This document shows positions 1 to 11,360 of a stretch of DNA of 64,000 nucleotides, in pieces; positions within the stretch are counted from its first letter, which is position 1; every line of letters begins with the position of its first letter. The position numbers were made by a program, and so were the translations under genes. The DNA comes from Sedimentisphaerales bacterium (lineage in GTDB: Bacteria; Planctomycetota; Phycisphaerae; Sedimentisphaerales; SM23-30). The notes beneath the pieces were generated by a model, which worked only from the letters and a program-made list of their open reading frames with translations, searched no databases and was not told where the DNA came from. The stretch lies in the NCBI GenBank assembly GCA_963666285.1, contig OY762711.1; one strand, 5' to 3'.

Positions 1-443
1 ATATCAAATTTACCCCGCTCGTAAAATCCATTCAAACTGCCAACGTAGGTACCATTTACAAAGACATCAGCCTTACGGTTAACACCTTCAAAATTAAGCC
101 AGACAAATTCATTTTTAAATTCGGCAGGCACTTTGAACTTTGTGCGATACCAGAAATTTCGATTGTATTTATCCTTATCAACATGATAAATATTATCACC
201 GAATTCCGGGGTATCTTCCAGCCCTTCATTTACATAAGAAGCGAAAACAGTGCCTGGCACAACCGCGGAAACCCATTTTTTATCATTGTAGTTACCTGCA
301 TTTATATCTGCTCCATCTAACTCGTCAGCAGCCTTAACCTTCCAGGATATTTCATCACTATTGAGGCTTGTTATCTGCTGTGAAAATGATGAGTTTACTA
401 TAAACACAGAAGTCAAAACGAAAAACAATACTTTTTTTCTCAT
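1..443 (-). CDS. Glycoside hydrolase family 2 (beta-mannosidase/exo-glucosaminidase-like), N-terminal part; runs off the window edge
   Basis: Manual translation from ATG 443: signal peptide, then W.SAVVPGTV, FWYRTKF, WLNFEGVN.KADVFVNG, typical of the GH2 N-terminal sugar-binding domain. Confidence 0.8.
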   Translation of the reverse strand, partial: MRKKVLFFVLTSVFIVNSSFSQQITSLNSDEISWKVKAADELDGADINAGNYNDKKWVSAVVPGTVFASYVNEGLEDTPEFGDNIYHVDKDKYNRNFWYRTKFKVPAEFKNEFVWLNFEGVNRKADVFVNGTYVGSLNGFYERGKFD

Positions 444-505
444 GTTCATTTTAATTAATGCTTTCTTACATGTATTAACACTATTTATAATATATCTAAA
501 TCAGA

Positions 506-1810
506 TTATTCTACTGCAATAATCTTAATTGTATGAGTAACCGGCTTAAAAGTTCTGGCAATCTCATCAGTAAAAGTTTTTCTTGCTTTTTCAGATATAT
601 TTACAACCCCTTCCATATCCGCCTGACCTTCCGGCCCATGGAAAAGAGACTTGATCTGCTTGGTTTCATAATCCTGCTTTTTTCTGACAGCATCAGAAAC
701 AGTTTCAAAAGGTTTTGAGAAAGGATTTTCGGCAAAATCTGCTGCAAGGTTTATACCTGCCTTAAGCTGCTGATCAGAATATGTTTGCTCCCATGTCCCC
801 CAAACAACTTTATAGCTTTTTGCACCGGCATTTTCAACTTTAAGAATGAACCTGTTGAGATTCTCATTAAATGGAACAAGATTCATGCCGGCCCGGGTGC
901 TGCCAAACTGGTCCGGAGCACCTTTATCACAGAAAGGATAACGGCTACTTTCGATTGTAATTATTCCATCATTAGAACTCAGGACTTTATGCCCGTCACC
1001 AGTCCTGGCTTTACCAGATTGCAAATCAACTTCAATTATTCCTATGTTGCCATCCAAACCTAATGCTTCCAGAAACGCATATGCCATAATCAGATGGCCC
1101 GCCCAATCCGGGTGAACACCATCATCTCCGGCAACTTTGAAATCTGAACCATAAAGAGTCTGGGCCTTATAAGTTGAAACAAACATAGGCAAATAGACAT
1201 CTGCAAAAGCTACATTATATTCAGCTGCAATTTCAATATCCATATTACGCAATTTGAGAAGATTAAGGTTTAATGCCTTAGTTGTGATTTTAGGATCACC
1301 CTGCCACCAAGGTTTTTTACCAACACAACCCGGAGAACCTAAGACGACTTTTGTGCCATTATCTTTGAATTTTTTTACTATTGCCGACATACTTTTGTTA
1401 TATTCCTTTCCAATTTCGTCGGCATACGGCACGTAGCGATGATCGTTCATACCATAGCAGGTTGTCGCAACATCAGGCTTAAACCTTAAGCAATCATTTT
1501 CCATGCGTGCAAGGAATCCAGGTGCAGTCTCTCCGCCCCAACCATACTGACGCACTTTGATCTCAAGTGCAGGCTCACATACTGTTAAATAATTTTCAAT
1601 CATAACAGAATACATTTTTTGTTCGGTAATAGAATCGCCGCAAATAGCAAGCCTATCGCCTTTTTTGAGTATCAGCTCACTAGCCTCAGGAGCATCAAGA
1701 ATCTTAAAATCAGCAAAAATTGAGTTCAAATCTAAAGAATGATATTCCTGGGCATTTAATGAAATAGAGTAGGTGACAGCAATTAAAAACAGAACAATAA
1801 TTTTTCTCAT
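506..1810 (-). CDS. Secreted SGNH/GDSL-family esterase
   Basis: GDSIT block I, GWGGE, YGMND, DGVHP; signal peptide. Confidence 0.9.
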   Translation of the reverse strand: MRKIIVLFLIAVTYSISLNAQEYHSLDLNSIFADFKILDAPEASELILKKGDRLAICGDSITEQKMYSVMIENYLTVCEPALEIKVRQYGWGGETAPGFLARMENDCLRFKPDVATTCYGMNDHRYVPYADEIGKEYNKSMSAIVKKFKDNGTKVVLGSPGCVGKKPWWQGDPKITTKALNLNLLKLRNMDIEIAAEYNVAFADVYLPMFVSTYKAQTLYGSDFKVAGDDGVHPDWAGHLIMAYAFLEALGLDGNIGIIEVDLQSGKARTGDGHKVLSSNDGIITIESSRYPFCDKGAPDQFGSTRAGMNLVPFNENLNRFILKVENAGAKSYKVVWGTWEQTYSDQQLKAGINLAADFAENPFSKPFETVSDAVRKKQDYETKQIKSLFHGPEGQADMEGVVNISEKARKTFTDEIARTFKPVTHTIKIIAVE

Positions 1811-2522
1811 AAGATAGCTCGCTTGTTTTGGAAGTTATAAAATGTATTTTAAGCTCACCAAAGCTAAAATTTTCAGATATTAAGTATAACTAATTTATCC
1901 ACATTTTCATTTATTTTCTCAACAATTGCATAATATTAAAACTTCATTCTAAAAGCATTATTTCAAGGCATATATCCGAATATACTATATCTGCCTAAAT
2001 CACTTTGAATAACTAATGAATGCTTATCAGGTATGTGTTAAGATTTATTAAAACCTCATTATTTATATGACTGCAAAAAGTTAAATTTAAACGTAAATTC
2101 TCAGGTAAGGATGCCAATTAATATAATATATCGGTGATTTTCATAATGTTTCAAGTATAACAAACAAACATTGCCATAAATACAACTCTAAAACACAATG
2201 ACCATACAAAGCTGATTACAACATAAGAAGTTACCTATCAGACACTTACATTATTTTGGCAAATTTATACCATTCTGTACTTTTCTAACTTAAAGATCTT
2301 TGGAGACACTTGCTAAAAAATACGATAATTATACAGGGCTTAAATAACCGGAATTATACTAAACAATTTTACAAAACAACCATAATGCATTACTACAAAA
2401 ACACTTATAACACTTAAATAATGTAATTTGATAAAATCTTTTTATTGCGCTTAAATTAAACTGGAATTTGACGTATATATATAAGCGGATGTTGAAATAT
2501 GCAGCATCTGCAAGGCACCAAA

Positions 2523-3074
2523 ATGAAAAAAAGTGAAAAAGACAAAAATTCAAACAGCCTAAAAACCGAAGAGTTTGTTGAATTACTTACGGCTAACCAG
2601 AGAAAGATATTTGCATATATAATGAGCCTGGTTATCAATATCAATGATGCAGACGATATTCTCCAGGAAACAGTCAAAATTATGTGGAATAAATTTGATC
2701 AGTTTAAATCGGGAACAAATTTTTTAGCCTGGTCAACTACAATTGCTTATTATCGTATACTTGAATTTCGCAGACAAAAAAGTCGGAATAAAATAATATT
2801 TGACGATCAGGTTTTTGAAAATCTTCAATACCAGGCATTATCCCAGACACAAGATTCTGATGAATACCTGGTATATCTTAAACACTGTCTGAATAAATTA
2901 AAAGAATCAGATCAGGTCATTATAAAAATGAGATATACAAACGGTTCAACCTTACAGCAGATAGCTTCTCAGCTAGGCAGAACCTTTCAGAGTGTACACC
3001 GCAGTATATGCCGGATACAGGGCCTACTCCGTGAATGCATAAACAGGCAAATAGCTACGGAGTTGAGACGATGA
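2523..3074 (+). CDS. ECF RNA polymerase sigma factor (planctomycete type)
   Basis: DADDILQE, NFLAW, C-terminal HTH ending LRECI; start moved to ATG 2523. Confidence 0.9.
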   Translation: MKKSEKDKNSNSLKTEEFVELLTANQRKIFAYIMSLVININDADDILQETVKIMWNKFDQFKSGTNFLAWSTTIAYYRILEFRRQKSRNKIIFDDQVFENLQYQALSQTQDSDEYLVYLKHCLNKLKESDQVIIKMRYTNGSTLQQIASQLGRTFQSVHRSICRIQGLLRECINRQIATELRR

Positions 3075-4744
3075 GAAATGATTACAATAGATTTGAAATG
3101 CTATTTATAAAAGCTCAAGAAGGTATAATTTCTTCAGAAGAATGTACAGAGTTTAATATTCTGCTGAAATCAACCGAATTTCAAAAAATATATTTTGAGA
3201 TGATCAAGCTGAATTGCGCCTTAAGCCAGCTTGAAATATCAGAATGCCAGTTGAGTAATCCTGTAAATGGCAGTCATAAATGCGATATCAGTGTGTTAAT
3301 GAAACTGGCAAGTGGAGAAACATTAATTCCTGAAATAGAGATCACAAGCAAAATACAACACCCTAAAAAAAGAAAACCTTCACCTGTTATTTTCAGTATA
3401 TCTGCATCAATTGCTGCAATCATTACAATTATATTTTGCCTACAATTTTACATGCAGCCTCAAACGGTAAGTAATGCTGTATTAGTTGAATGCATACACG
3501 CTTCCTGGTCAGGAATATCTACATCACCAACAATTGGAAGTAATTTGAATTCAAAAAACGGACTATACAATCTGCACGAAGGCGTTGTAAAGCTCCGCTT
3601 TAGCAGCGGTGCTGATGTAATAATCGAATCCCCTTCAAGATTTGAAATATTGTCAAGCAATAAGATGCATTTACATGATGGGAAAGTATATGCCAAAGTT
3701 CCCAAGCAAGCTAAAGGTTTTACTGTTGTTACTCCAAAATGCAACATTATCGACCTTGGAACCGAATTTGGCGTAAAAGTTGGTTCTCTTGGGATTACTG
3801 AGCTGCATGTAAACAAAGGTAAAACCGTAGTTGAAACTCAGAATATGAAAACCAAACAGAGTATGGAAGTTAATGCCGGATCGGCCTGTTTGGTTGAAGA
3901 AACAAATATAATAAAAGATATCACATGCCGGAAAGATGTATTTGTACGGGAAATAAATCAGGATACCGGCATGATCTGGCGAGGTAAAACAAGAATAAAC
4001 CTGTCTGATATAGTAGGCGGTGGAAACGGATGGGGAGATAACACATTTGCAGGGGCGATAAATCCAGTTACTGGTATTTTTGGTGCCTATAAAACAGCGA
4101 TAAGAGAAGGTAACGGACAATATGCCAGAGTAATCACCACCCCATATCCTTATATTGATGGAGTATTTGTGCCCGTTAATTCAACACAAATTATCAGCAG
4201 CAAGGGTCACGTTTTTAAGGATTGTCCGAAAACCAATGCACAATACTATTCAGAAATCCTCAACAATGTTGGTCTGAAAATGTATGACACAAGCAACAAA
4301 CCAGCTATCAGGAAAATTGAAAATCAGAATTATAACAAGACAGATTTCTCATCAATTATTATGCACGCTAATTCAGGAATAACATTTAACCTGCAAAATA
4401 TCTGTCACGACATACCAGGAAAAAAGATAACCTGGTTTACATCAGATGCTCTTATTTCGATGTATAGGCCAGTTGAAAACCAGAACACATCTTATATACC
4501 CAGGCAAGCAAAGGCTGAAGTTTGGATTTTAATAGATGGGAAAGTTGTTTTTAACGCTAAACTAGATGAACCTGGTACAGCAAAACATATAGATATTGAA
4601 ATAAGTGACTCTGCCCAATTCCTTTCACTAGTTGCTACTGACGGTTCCAACTTTGAAGATTCAGATCTGCTAAATATACCTACTAATGAATCAGACTGGT
4701 GTATTTTTGCCAAACCGGAATTAATGTTTTCTGTCGGCAACTAA
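3071..4744 (+). CDS. FecR-domain anti-sigma factor with C-terminal NPCBM-like carbohydrate-binding domain
   Basis: ATGA overlap with the sigma gene, one TM helix, GFTVVTP..IIDLGTEFGV, C-terminal FLSLVATDG...DWCIFAKPEL. Confidence 0.85.
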   Translation: MRNDYNRFEMLFIKAQEGIISSEECTEFNILLKSTEFQKIYFEMIKLNCALSQLEISECQLSNPVNGSHKCDISVLMKLASGETLIPEIEITSKIQHPKKRKPSPVIFSISASIAAIITIIFCLQFYMQPQTVSNAVLVECIHASWSGISTSPTIGSNLNSKNGLYNLHEGVVKLRFSSGADVIIESPSRFEILSSNKMHLHDGKVYAKVPKQAKGFTVVTPKCNIIDLGTEFGVKVGSLGITELHVNKGKTVVETQNMKTKQSMEVNAGSACLVEETNIIKDITCRKDVFVREINQDTGMIWRGKTRINLSDIVGGGNGWGDNTFAGAINPVTGIFGAYKTAIREGNGQYARVITTPYPYIDGVFVPVNSTQIISSKGHVFKDCPKTNAQYYSEILNNVGLKMYDTSNKPAIRKIENQNYNKTDFSSIIMHANSGITFNLQNICHDIPGKKITWFTSDALISMYRPVENQNTSYIPRQAKAEVWILIDGKVVFNAKLDEPGTAKHIDIEISDSAQFLSLVATDGSNFEDSDLLNIPTNESDWCIFAKPELMFSVGN

Positions 4745-5031
4745 TAATACGCTTTCGTACTTTAATCCTAGATTCTGCCGTTGATCGATAATAACCATTT
4801 TCAAATCATTTATGCTTCATGTTTTGAACCAGCACGCCAGATTAAAAAATGCGTTCTAAGATTCTGCTATAAGTACACAACCAACAGGAAAAACATATTC
4901 ATATACCGATAAGTATGTGCCAGTTAAGCTTTTAACAATAGATACTTGTGTTAAAAGAACATGAGTTGATGATGCATATGATACAATACGCATTATCACT
5001 GCTTGGCTCTGGCTGGAATTCCAGTTTGATT

Positions 5032-7008
5032 TTATTTCTGCTTTTCAAATAGAGCTTCACCATTGCCTATAAGAAAAATATCAGGTTTAGGAGGATCTTT
5101 CATCTTATCGCCAAGAAAGAAGCTGGTATGAGGTGGTTTGTTATAAACCACATTCTGCCAGGCAATTGAGAGCCGATATTGAGGATTATGCATCAAGGTA
5201 TAAATGCGATGGCTGGTAGGTATGGTAGTAGTATAAAGCCTTAATGAACTGTTGTCCGGACCGGTAAGCAGTAACTCTTCACGCCAGTCACCAATAAAAT
5301 CTCCCATAAGTTTAGGGCGAAAGTTTCTCCATCCTCTTTCACCTGTTGAGAATAATATATCAGGGAATTTATCCGATCCCCGCCATTTGTATATGGTGGA
5401 ACCGCCCAGAATTTCACGCAGCAGGTCACCATCCCACCAGATAACAAAATCCCGCATCCGGGGAGCATGGCCTATGACATTACCATCTTTATCACGTAAA
5501 TTACCGGTACTGTCCCAGGCTTCAAAGCCGGGGTAATCGGCATCAATATCAGCAGCAACTCCCTGACCAATATCAACAGAAATACTGTGTTTCCAGATAA
5601 CTTCGCCGGTCCTCGCATCTCGCATAACAGCACCGGGTGTCTTGAACCGTACGGTTTCATCTTCATTTTCGTGAACAGTAAATGCTTCAAGACCGGGTCG
5701 ATCCGGATACATATCAGCAACATGAAGGGCGTCACCGTGGCGGAACCCGGTAGAATAAAGCCCTTTGCCATTATCATCAATAACCATAGCATGATAGACG
5801 ATCTCATCTTTCCCGTCACCATCAACATCGGCAACGGAAATACTATGTCCGCCCATGCCGGAATATTTAGAAGCATTTTCAAATGGCGGATAGCTAATAC
5901 CCGAATCAAAAACCCAGCGGCTGGTAAGTTTATTATCACGCCAGTCCCAGGCAGCTAATACCGTTCGGCCATAAACCCCACGGCACATAACAACGCTTGG
6001 CCGACTACCATCCAGATAAGCAATACAAGCGAGAAACCGGTCGCAACGGTTACCATAGTTGTCGCTGCCGCCATTACCACCAATGCCGCCCCATCCATCA
6101 ATAGGATCACGAGACGGGATATAATCAACCGTTTTCAATTCAGCACCGGTCTGCCCGTCAAATATAGTGAAATACTCAGGACCTTCAAGTATACGCCCGA
6201 ATTTCAGGGTACTATCATCATGAATACGCCAATCCCTGTCCTTATCACCAATAATCCTGCCGGTACCATCTTTTGTGCCATCAGCGGTTTTACAGGCAAT
6301 CTCAGCTTTGCCGTCACCATCAAGATCATAAACCATAAACTGGGTATAATGCTCACCTTCCCTGATATTAATGCCAAGATCAATTCGCCACAATAGAGTA
6401 CCATCCAACTCATAGGCATCCAAAACGGGCGAACCGGTAATGCCTTTGAAAGAATTATCCTTACCTCTTGATGCCTGATGCAATACGATTTCATATTCAC
6501 CATCACCATCCAGATCGGCGATAGAAGCATCACCGGGCCAATAGCCATCAATATTATTAATCGGAATTTCAAGGTACTGCTCATCCCAGACGCTGACCGG
6601 TTCGCAAGACTGAAGCTCTTTGCCATCGATTACGGGAGCAACATAGTATTTCAATGCTGAAGCAGAATTTTCTAGGCTATCAATATAATTTGTAGAGTCT
6701 GTGACCGGCTTAGTATTAATCAATACCGGTTTGCTATCTTCAGCAACACGATAAATATTGAACGCAATATCATCCGGATCGGTTCCGAAAAGACGCCAGC
6801 TGATATATACTTTATTTTCCGGCTGTTTAACAGCGACAACTCCACGTTTAAGATTTTCCATCTGACGCTGGGCAAAGCAGGCATTGCCGGAATAAATCAG
6901 AACCAGAAAAAATAATAAAACATGATTGAAGGTTGAGACAGTACAGATAGATTTTATAAACAAGCAAAAATCTGTAACAATTCTATATCCAAAGCGATTG
7001 CTGAACAC
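5032..7008 (-). CDS. Rhamnogalacturonan lyase, PL11 (YesW-like)
   Basis: QRQMENLKRG, DLDGDGEYE, HYTQFMVYDLDGDGKAE, HGDALH, YNKPPHTSFFLG. Confidence 0.92.
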   Translation of the reverse strand: MFSNRFGYRIVTDFCLFIKSICTVSTFNHVLLFFLVLIYSGNACFAQRQMENLKRGVVAVKQPENKVYISWRLFGTDPDDIAFNIYRVAEDSKPVLINTKPVTDSTNYIDSLENSASALKYYVAPVIDGKELQSCEPVSVWDEQYLEIPINNIDGYWPGDASIADLDGDGEYEIVLHQASRGKDNSFKGITGSPVLDAYELDGTLLWRIDLGINIREGEHYTQFMVYDLDGDGKAEIACKTADGTKDGTGRIIGDKDRDWRIHDDSTLKFGRILEGPEYFTIFDGQTGAELKTVDYIPSRDPIDGWGGIGGNGGSDNYGNRCDRFLACIAYLDGSRPSVVMCRGVYGRTVLAAWDWRDNKLTSRWVFDSGISYPPFENASKYSGMGGHSISVADVDGDGKDEIVYHAMVIDDNGKGLYSTGFRHGDALHVADMYPDRPGLEAFTVHENEDETVRFKTPGAVMRDARTGEVIWKHSISVDIGQGVAADIDADYPGFEAWDSTGNLRDKDGNVIGHAPRMRDFVIWWDGDLLREILGGSTIYKWRGSDKFPDILFSTGERGWRNFRPKLMGDFIGDWREELLLTGPDNSSLRLYTTTIPTSHRIYTLMHNPQYRLSIAWQNVVYNKPPHTSFFLGDKMKDPPKPDIFLIGNGEALFEKQK

Positions 7009-7327
7009 GTCATACTCCTATCAAAAATACAGACGATTAAACATAAGGTGTGAATAATTCGAAATTCAATACATTCTTTCAATACAATTATTCAATTATG
7101 TCAGGCAGGTAAATAAATATCAATACAAAAATCCAACTTAATACACGACGTAAATAACTGCTGTCAATACAGTTAACTCACACCCTGCCATCCGGAAGCC
7201 AAAAATAAGCATAATTCCACAATATTAAAACGGCATTTATGCCAGATTTATTTCATAAAAAAGGCCTTGCGAAAGAAATATGCCGCAAAGCCAGAATAAT
7301 AAAAACTACTTAGATAATATGAAAAAA

Positions 7328-8680
7328 TTATTTTATAAACGAACTGTCAATGGTCGTACCAGACAATTTAATCTTATAAGGCCACTGTTCATCCTTAATT
7401 TCCTCTGAACCAGGCCTTCTCCCCCATCTCATAACAATCGGCCAATGTTCTGTTGGTGCTCCCATTACCACCAGCCACAGATATTCGGTATTATCAGGCA
7501 CTTTAAAGGATAAAGTACCATCATTATCTTTACCAACCATGCCATAAACCCGGCTGCCGTCTTTTAATGAGGCAAGAAAACCATACCGCCATCCGGCTTT
7601 GTCGCTTTTGACATTGCTATATCCCTCGGCATCAGTGATACCTTTAAAATTCAAAACAACATTTGTATTGGCAGGCGGAACATTGAGTTTGATGCCATTG
7701 TAACCATAATTCTGAGGGCATAAAGAAGCCGGAATCTGATACCAGTCATCGCCGATATCTTCAAGCAAACATATATGCTGATTGGCATATTTATGGGCAA
7801 CTTTTTCTACACGTTTCAGATCCCAGGTAATAAACTTACGCGAGGCATCAAACATTTCATCATTAAACTGCTGCTGATCCAAAGAATTCAAGCGTTTGTA
7901 AGTAGCGACAGGATCTTCACCATTTTCAGTCTTGCGGCATAGTTCCCCAAAAAATTGCTTGCCATGTTTTTCTGACCAGTATTCCAATACATAAGGAGAA
8001 TGATACATATTAATCGGATGAAGAAAGGCATAGTGGGTCTGCTTCATGAAATCCACCAGATGGTAATTTTCAAAAGTCATCCATTCAGGATATACCTGCC
8101 ATAGCATATACTGGGCAGACATTTCTATAATAGATCCGCCAGGGCCATGACCGGAATCAGTTCGGGAAAAACTCTGGAAAGAGTGCCCCATTTCATGAGC
8201 CAGAACACCGTATGGAGTATTATTTATTCTAACAGCAGGTGTCCAAAGAGCACCAATTTCATCACCTATCGCGCCGCCGTAGGCTGTACCTTCATTTCCA
8301 CCAAAAACAATCATAATCAATTTATATTTATCTGAGACAGACTCTCCTTTTTTCACCATTTTCAAGACATTAACATAATAATCATAGAATCGTTCACACT
8401 CCATAAGAGCTGTCTGTGGGTCAAACCGCTTCTTGACATCCGGGTTTGCTATAGGGTCATCGCCATATTCCTTGCTCCATAATAAAGCAATGTTTTCGCC
8501 CTCAACCATGCGGCTGTAACTGAATTCGCTTTCTTTATTATTAAAGTCATTATTTTGCGGCACCCTATCAATACCATCCGGTAGATACAATTCCTTTGCT
8601 GCATAGACATAACCAGAAAACAAGAATGAAAATACAAAGACCGCTAATAGGGTATTGGTACTACGGGATAATAATCTCAT
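7328..8680 (-). CDS. Secreted HEXXH metallopeptidase-like protein (DUF6055-like)
   Basis: LAHEMGHSFQ, PQNYGYN, WLVVMGAPTEH; SD AGGAG before ATG 8680. Confidence 0.7.
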   Translation of the reverse strand: MRLLSRSTNTLLAVFVFSFLFSGYVYAAKELYLPDGIDRVPQNNDFNNKESEFSYSRMVEGENIALLWSKEYGDDPIANPDVKKRFDPQTALMECERFYDYYVNVLKMVKKGESVSDKYKLIMIVFGGNEGTAYGGAIGDEIGALWTPAVRINNTPYGVLAHEMGHSFQSFSRTDSGHGPGGSIIEMSAQYMLWQVYPEWMTFENYHLVDFMKQTHYAFLHPINMYHSPYVLEYWSEKHGKQFFGELCRKTENGEDPVATYKRLNSLDQQQFNDEMFDASRKFITWDLKRVEKVAHKYANQHICLLEDIGDDWYQIPASLCPQNYGYNGIKLNVPPANTNVVLNFKGITDAEGYSNVKSDKAGWRYGFLASLKDGSRVYGMVGKDNDGTLSFKVPDNTEYLWLVVMGAPTEHWPIVMRWGRRPGSEEIKDEQWPYKIKLSGTTIDSSFIK

Positions 8681-9132
8681 TGAGCTGCTCCTATGATTTA
8701 GAATAATAAAACACAAACCGAATCAATTTCTTATTTACAATAGTGCGGTATCGCACTTCTGACTGTTCAGCATTATACGCAAAAGCCTGAACATGGCCTT
8801 GTGACTGAAATACTTTACATTTAACTGTATTTTCGAGCTAATTCTCGAAATTGTATTTAATTCAGATTGTTGCAGGAAGGCCCTTTTAGGCGATTTTTTC
8901 AACTTAAAAACTACGAAAGTTAACCAATATTAACCAGTTGAGAAAGTTAAAACAACATGAAAATCACAGGCTGCGAAACCATCAAAAACGATAATATACA
9001 GCCGGAGACAAACGTTATTCTAGAATAGCTCGATATGTGCGCATATGCCTATCTATTGCTAATGCAACGGCATAAAGCCTGTGGTTTGTTAACCGCCTTG
9101 ATTTACTTTATGAAAAACATATAATTAATGAA

Positions 9133-9675
9133 ATGATAAAAAAAGATATACTAATTACCGGTTTCGAACCATTTAATGAATTCAAATCAAATCCGAGCGG
9201 ACTTCTTGCCGCGGCAATGGAAGAGCAATTCACCAATAAGATCAATAGTACAGTCTTGCCTGTTGATTACTTTTCTGCCAGACAAAATCTGTTGGCTCTA
9301 CTGCAAAAACACAAACCGACAGTATGCATTTGCATGGGGTTAGCCAAAGGCGATACGTTCCGTATTGAAACCAAGGCCCGCATACCCAAAGAATACTCAT
9401 CTATTGACGGTCGGAATGAATACCTATCATTGATACCGGAAAACATTAAAACATACTGTGATAGAGAGTGCAATTTCATACTATCAGCAGATTGCGGGCA
9501 ATATGTCTGCGAAGCGACTCTCTGGACCTTGCTTGACTTTGCTGACAAAAATGCTATACCTTCAACAGCGTTTTTCCTGCATGTTCCCGCTATAAGTCAA
9601 AACTGGCCGTATTCAAAAATTCAAAGAGTCGGCATGGATTTCCTTGAGTTTATAACAAATGAGTTATCACAGTAA
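9133..9675 (+). CDS. pcp: Pyroglutamyl-peptidase I (C15)
   Basis: ILITGFEPF..NPS, RIE, G.YVCE catalytic Cys, FLHVP. Confidence 0.85.
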   Translation: MIKKDILITGFEPFNEFKSNPSGLLAAAMEEQFTNKINSTVLPVDYFSARQNLLALLQKHKPTVCICMGLAKGDTFRIETKARIPKEYSSIDGRNEYLSLIPENIKTYCDRECNFILSADCGQYVCEATLWTLLDFADKNAIPSTAFFLHVPAISQNWPYSKIQRVGMDFLEFITNELSQ

Positions 9676-10165
9676 GACAGTTGGTTTTCCTACAATTTTA
9701 AAGCTTGTTTTCCAACCATTTTTTAATAATTCCCGAAATTTACTACATCTATAAAATATACTATCGTAACCATTTCTGAGAATATCATTAAATCCTACCT
9801 TAAAAACATATATAGTATTGTAATATATTTATTGCCATGTAGTTACGTACAAAATGTACAAATAATACAAATATATGAGACTAACGAATTTAGTTATTTA
9901 CCCTTACAGCCAACAAATAGTTTTATATTTAAACCATCATTAAGAATAAAATTGCACAAAAATCACTTTTTTACTGCCTAAAATGATTTTTACTTTTTTT
10001 TGTTTTCTTTTGTAGTAGAGTATACTTTATATATATCCCATTGAAAAAAAGTCATAAGTTAATATTGGCATTATAATCAACTTAACGGTTTCTCATTTGA
10101 ATACACACGTGGACTCCGTGAAAGTAGTCTCTAATAATTTCTAATAATACTCGGAGGTATATGAA

Positions 10166-11086
10166 ATGCGTAAAGATAAAAAAGGTTTTACATTAATTGA
10201 ACTGTTGGTAGTAATTTCAATCATTGCTTTACTGGTAAGTATTCTTATGCCTGCCTTGAATAAAGCTAAACAGCAGGCATACACAACAACTTGTCTCGCT
10301 AATCAGAAGGCATTGATTATGGCATGGACTATGTATAACGATGACAATAGTGATACGATGGTGTGTCACTATGTAATCTCTGATACTATGAAAGGTGGCA
10401 GTCGTCCTCACAGCTGGGTAGAGCCTCCGCAAAACCCTGAAACCGGAGCCTTTTTAGGTGGTTGGGGGAATCTTGAATCTTTTCAAAATTCCGGCGGTAA
10501 TATCCAGAAAGCCAGAGAAGCAGGTATTGAAAATGGAGCGTTGTGGAAATATATCAAAGATGTTGAGGTCTATCATTGTACAGGTGACAAACGTTTTCAA
10601 GATGCTATAACAGATGCGCAAGTGTATCGTACTTATGGTATACCGGCAGGGCTGGGGTCGGCAGGCGATTTTAGATCTGAAGGTGGACATAATTCATCTA
10701 CATACATCAAAAAAGCGTCAAGTATTAAATACCCTACAGAAAAGTATGTTTTTGGTGAAGCATCGTATGATTGCTTTTTCGGAAAAAGAGACAATTCTGG
10801 TACGAATTATCTCGATCAGTATATTTTGGACCTTGGAACGTATTACCATTGTTTGAAGGATGGTCCAGAACTTTCATTATGGATACCAAACTCAATTTGG
10901 CATAACAATAGCTCAACTTATGGTTTTGCTGATGGTCATGCAGACTCGCATAAATGGTTGACAAAAGATATAATAGAACATTTTAAAGATCGTATAACCA
11001 ATATGAAACAAACCCTGGAAGTTCCATATACAAATGAAGATGCAATATGGCTCTTTAGACACTATCCTAATTCTCAGAATTTTTAA
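10166..11086 (+). CDS. Prepilin-type N-terminal cleavage / H-X9-DG domain protein (planctomycete family)
   Basis: KGFTLIELLVVISIIALL..ILMPAL; WHNNSSTYGFADGH. Confidence 0.9.
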   Translation: MRKDKKGFTLIELLVVISIIALLVSILMPALNKAKQQAYTTTCLANQKALIMAWTMYNDDNSDTMVCHYVISDTMKGGSRPHSWVEPPQNPETGAFLGGWGNLESFQNSGGNIQKAREAGIENGALWKYIKDVEVYHCTGDKRFQDAITDAQVYRTYGIPAGLGSAGDFRSEGGHNSSTYIKKASSIKYPTEKYVFGEASYDCFFGKRDNSGTNYLDQYILDLGTYYHCLKDGPELSLWIPNSIWHNNSSTYGFADGHADSHKWLTKDIIEHFKDRITNMKQTLEVPYTNEDAIWLFRHYPNSQNF

Positions 11087-11120
11087 TTTGTTTTAACAAA
11101 AATAGATATGTTAGTTTAAT

Positions 11121-11156
11121 CATAAAAACGCCTGATGTTAATCGGGCGTTTTTATG
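11121..11156 (+). terminator. Intrinsic terminator, probably bidirectional
   Basis: cataaaaacgcctgat-gtta-atcgggcgtttttatg hairpin after the stop. Confidence 0.8.
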
Positions 11157-11360
11157 TGGTTATGGATTGAATAACCGGCCTCGCAATAATTATCTCGTTG
11201 AATCTTTCTGTTTGATTTGATAATCTATACTCATAACAGTTGAAAATGCCTGTTCAAGCGTAGTGTAGGTGATTACATTATCATTACTTACCTTTCAAGC
11301 AATCGGACAAAAACCATACACTATGTGTATAACTGAAAAACAACAAGAACAACAGCTAAT

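Noticed and set aside
1811..2520. TATA-like AT-rich strings in host intergenic DNA
   Set aside because: No consistent spacing to start codons was evident; they show that AT-richness alone makes such boxes, so only fixed-spacing cases were counted in the island
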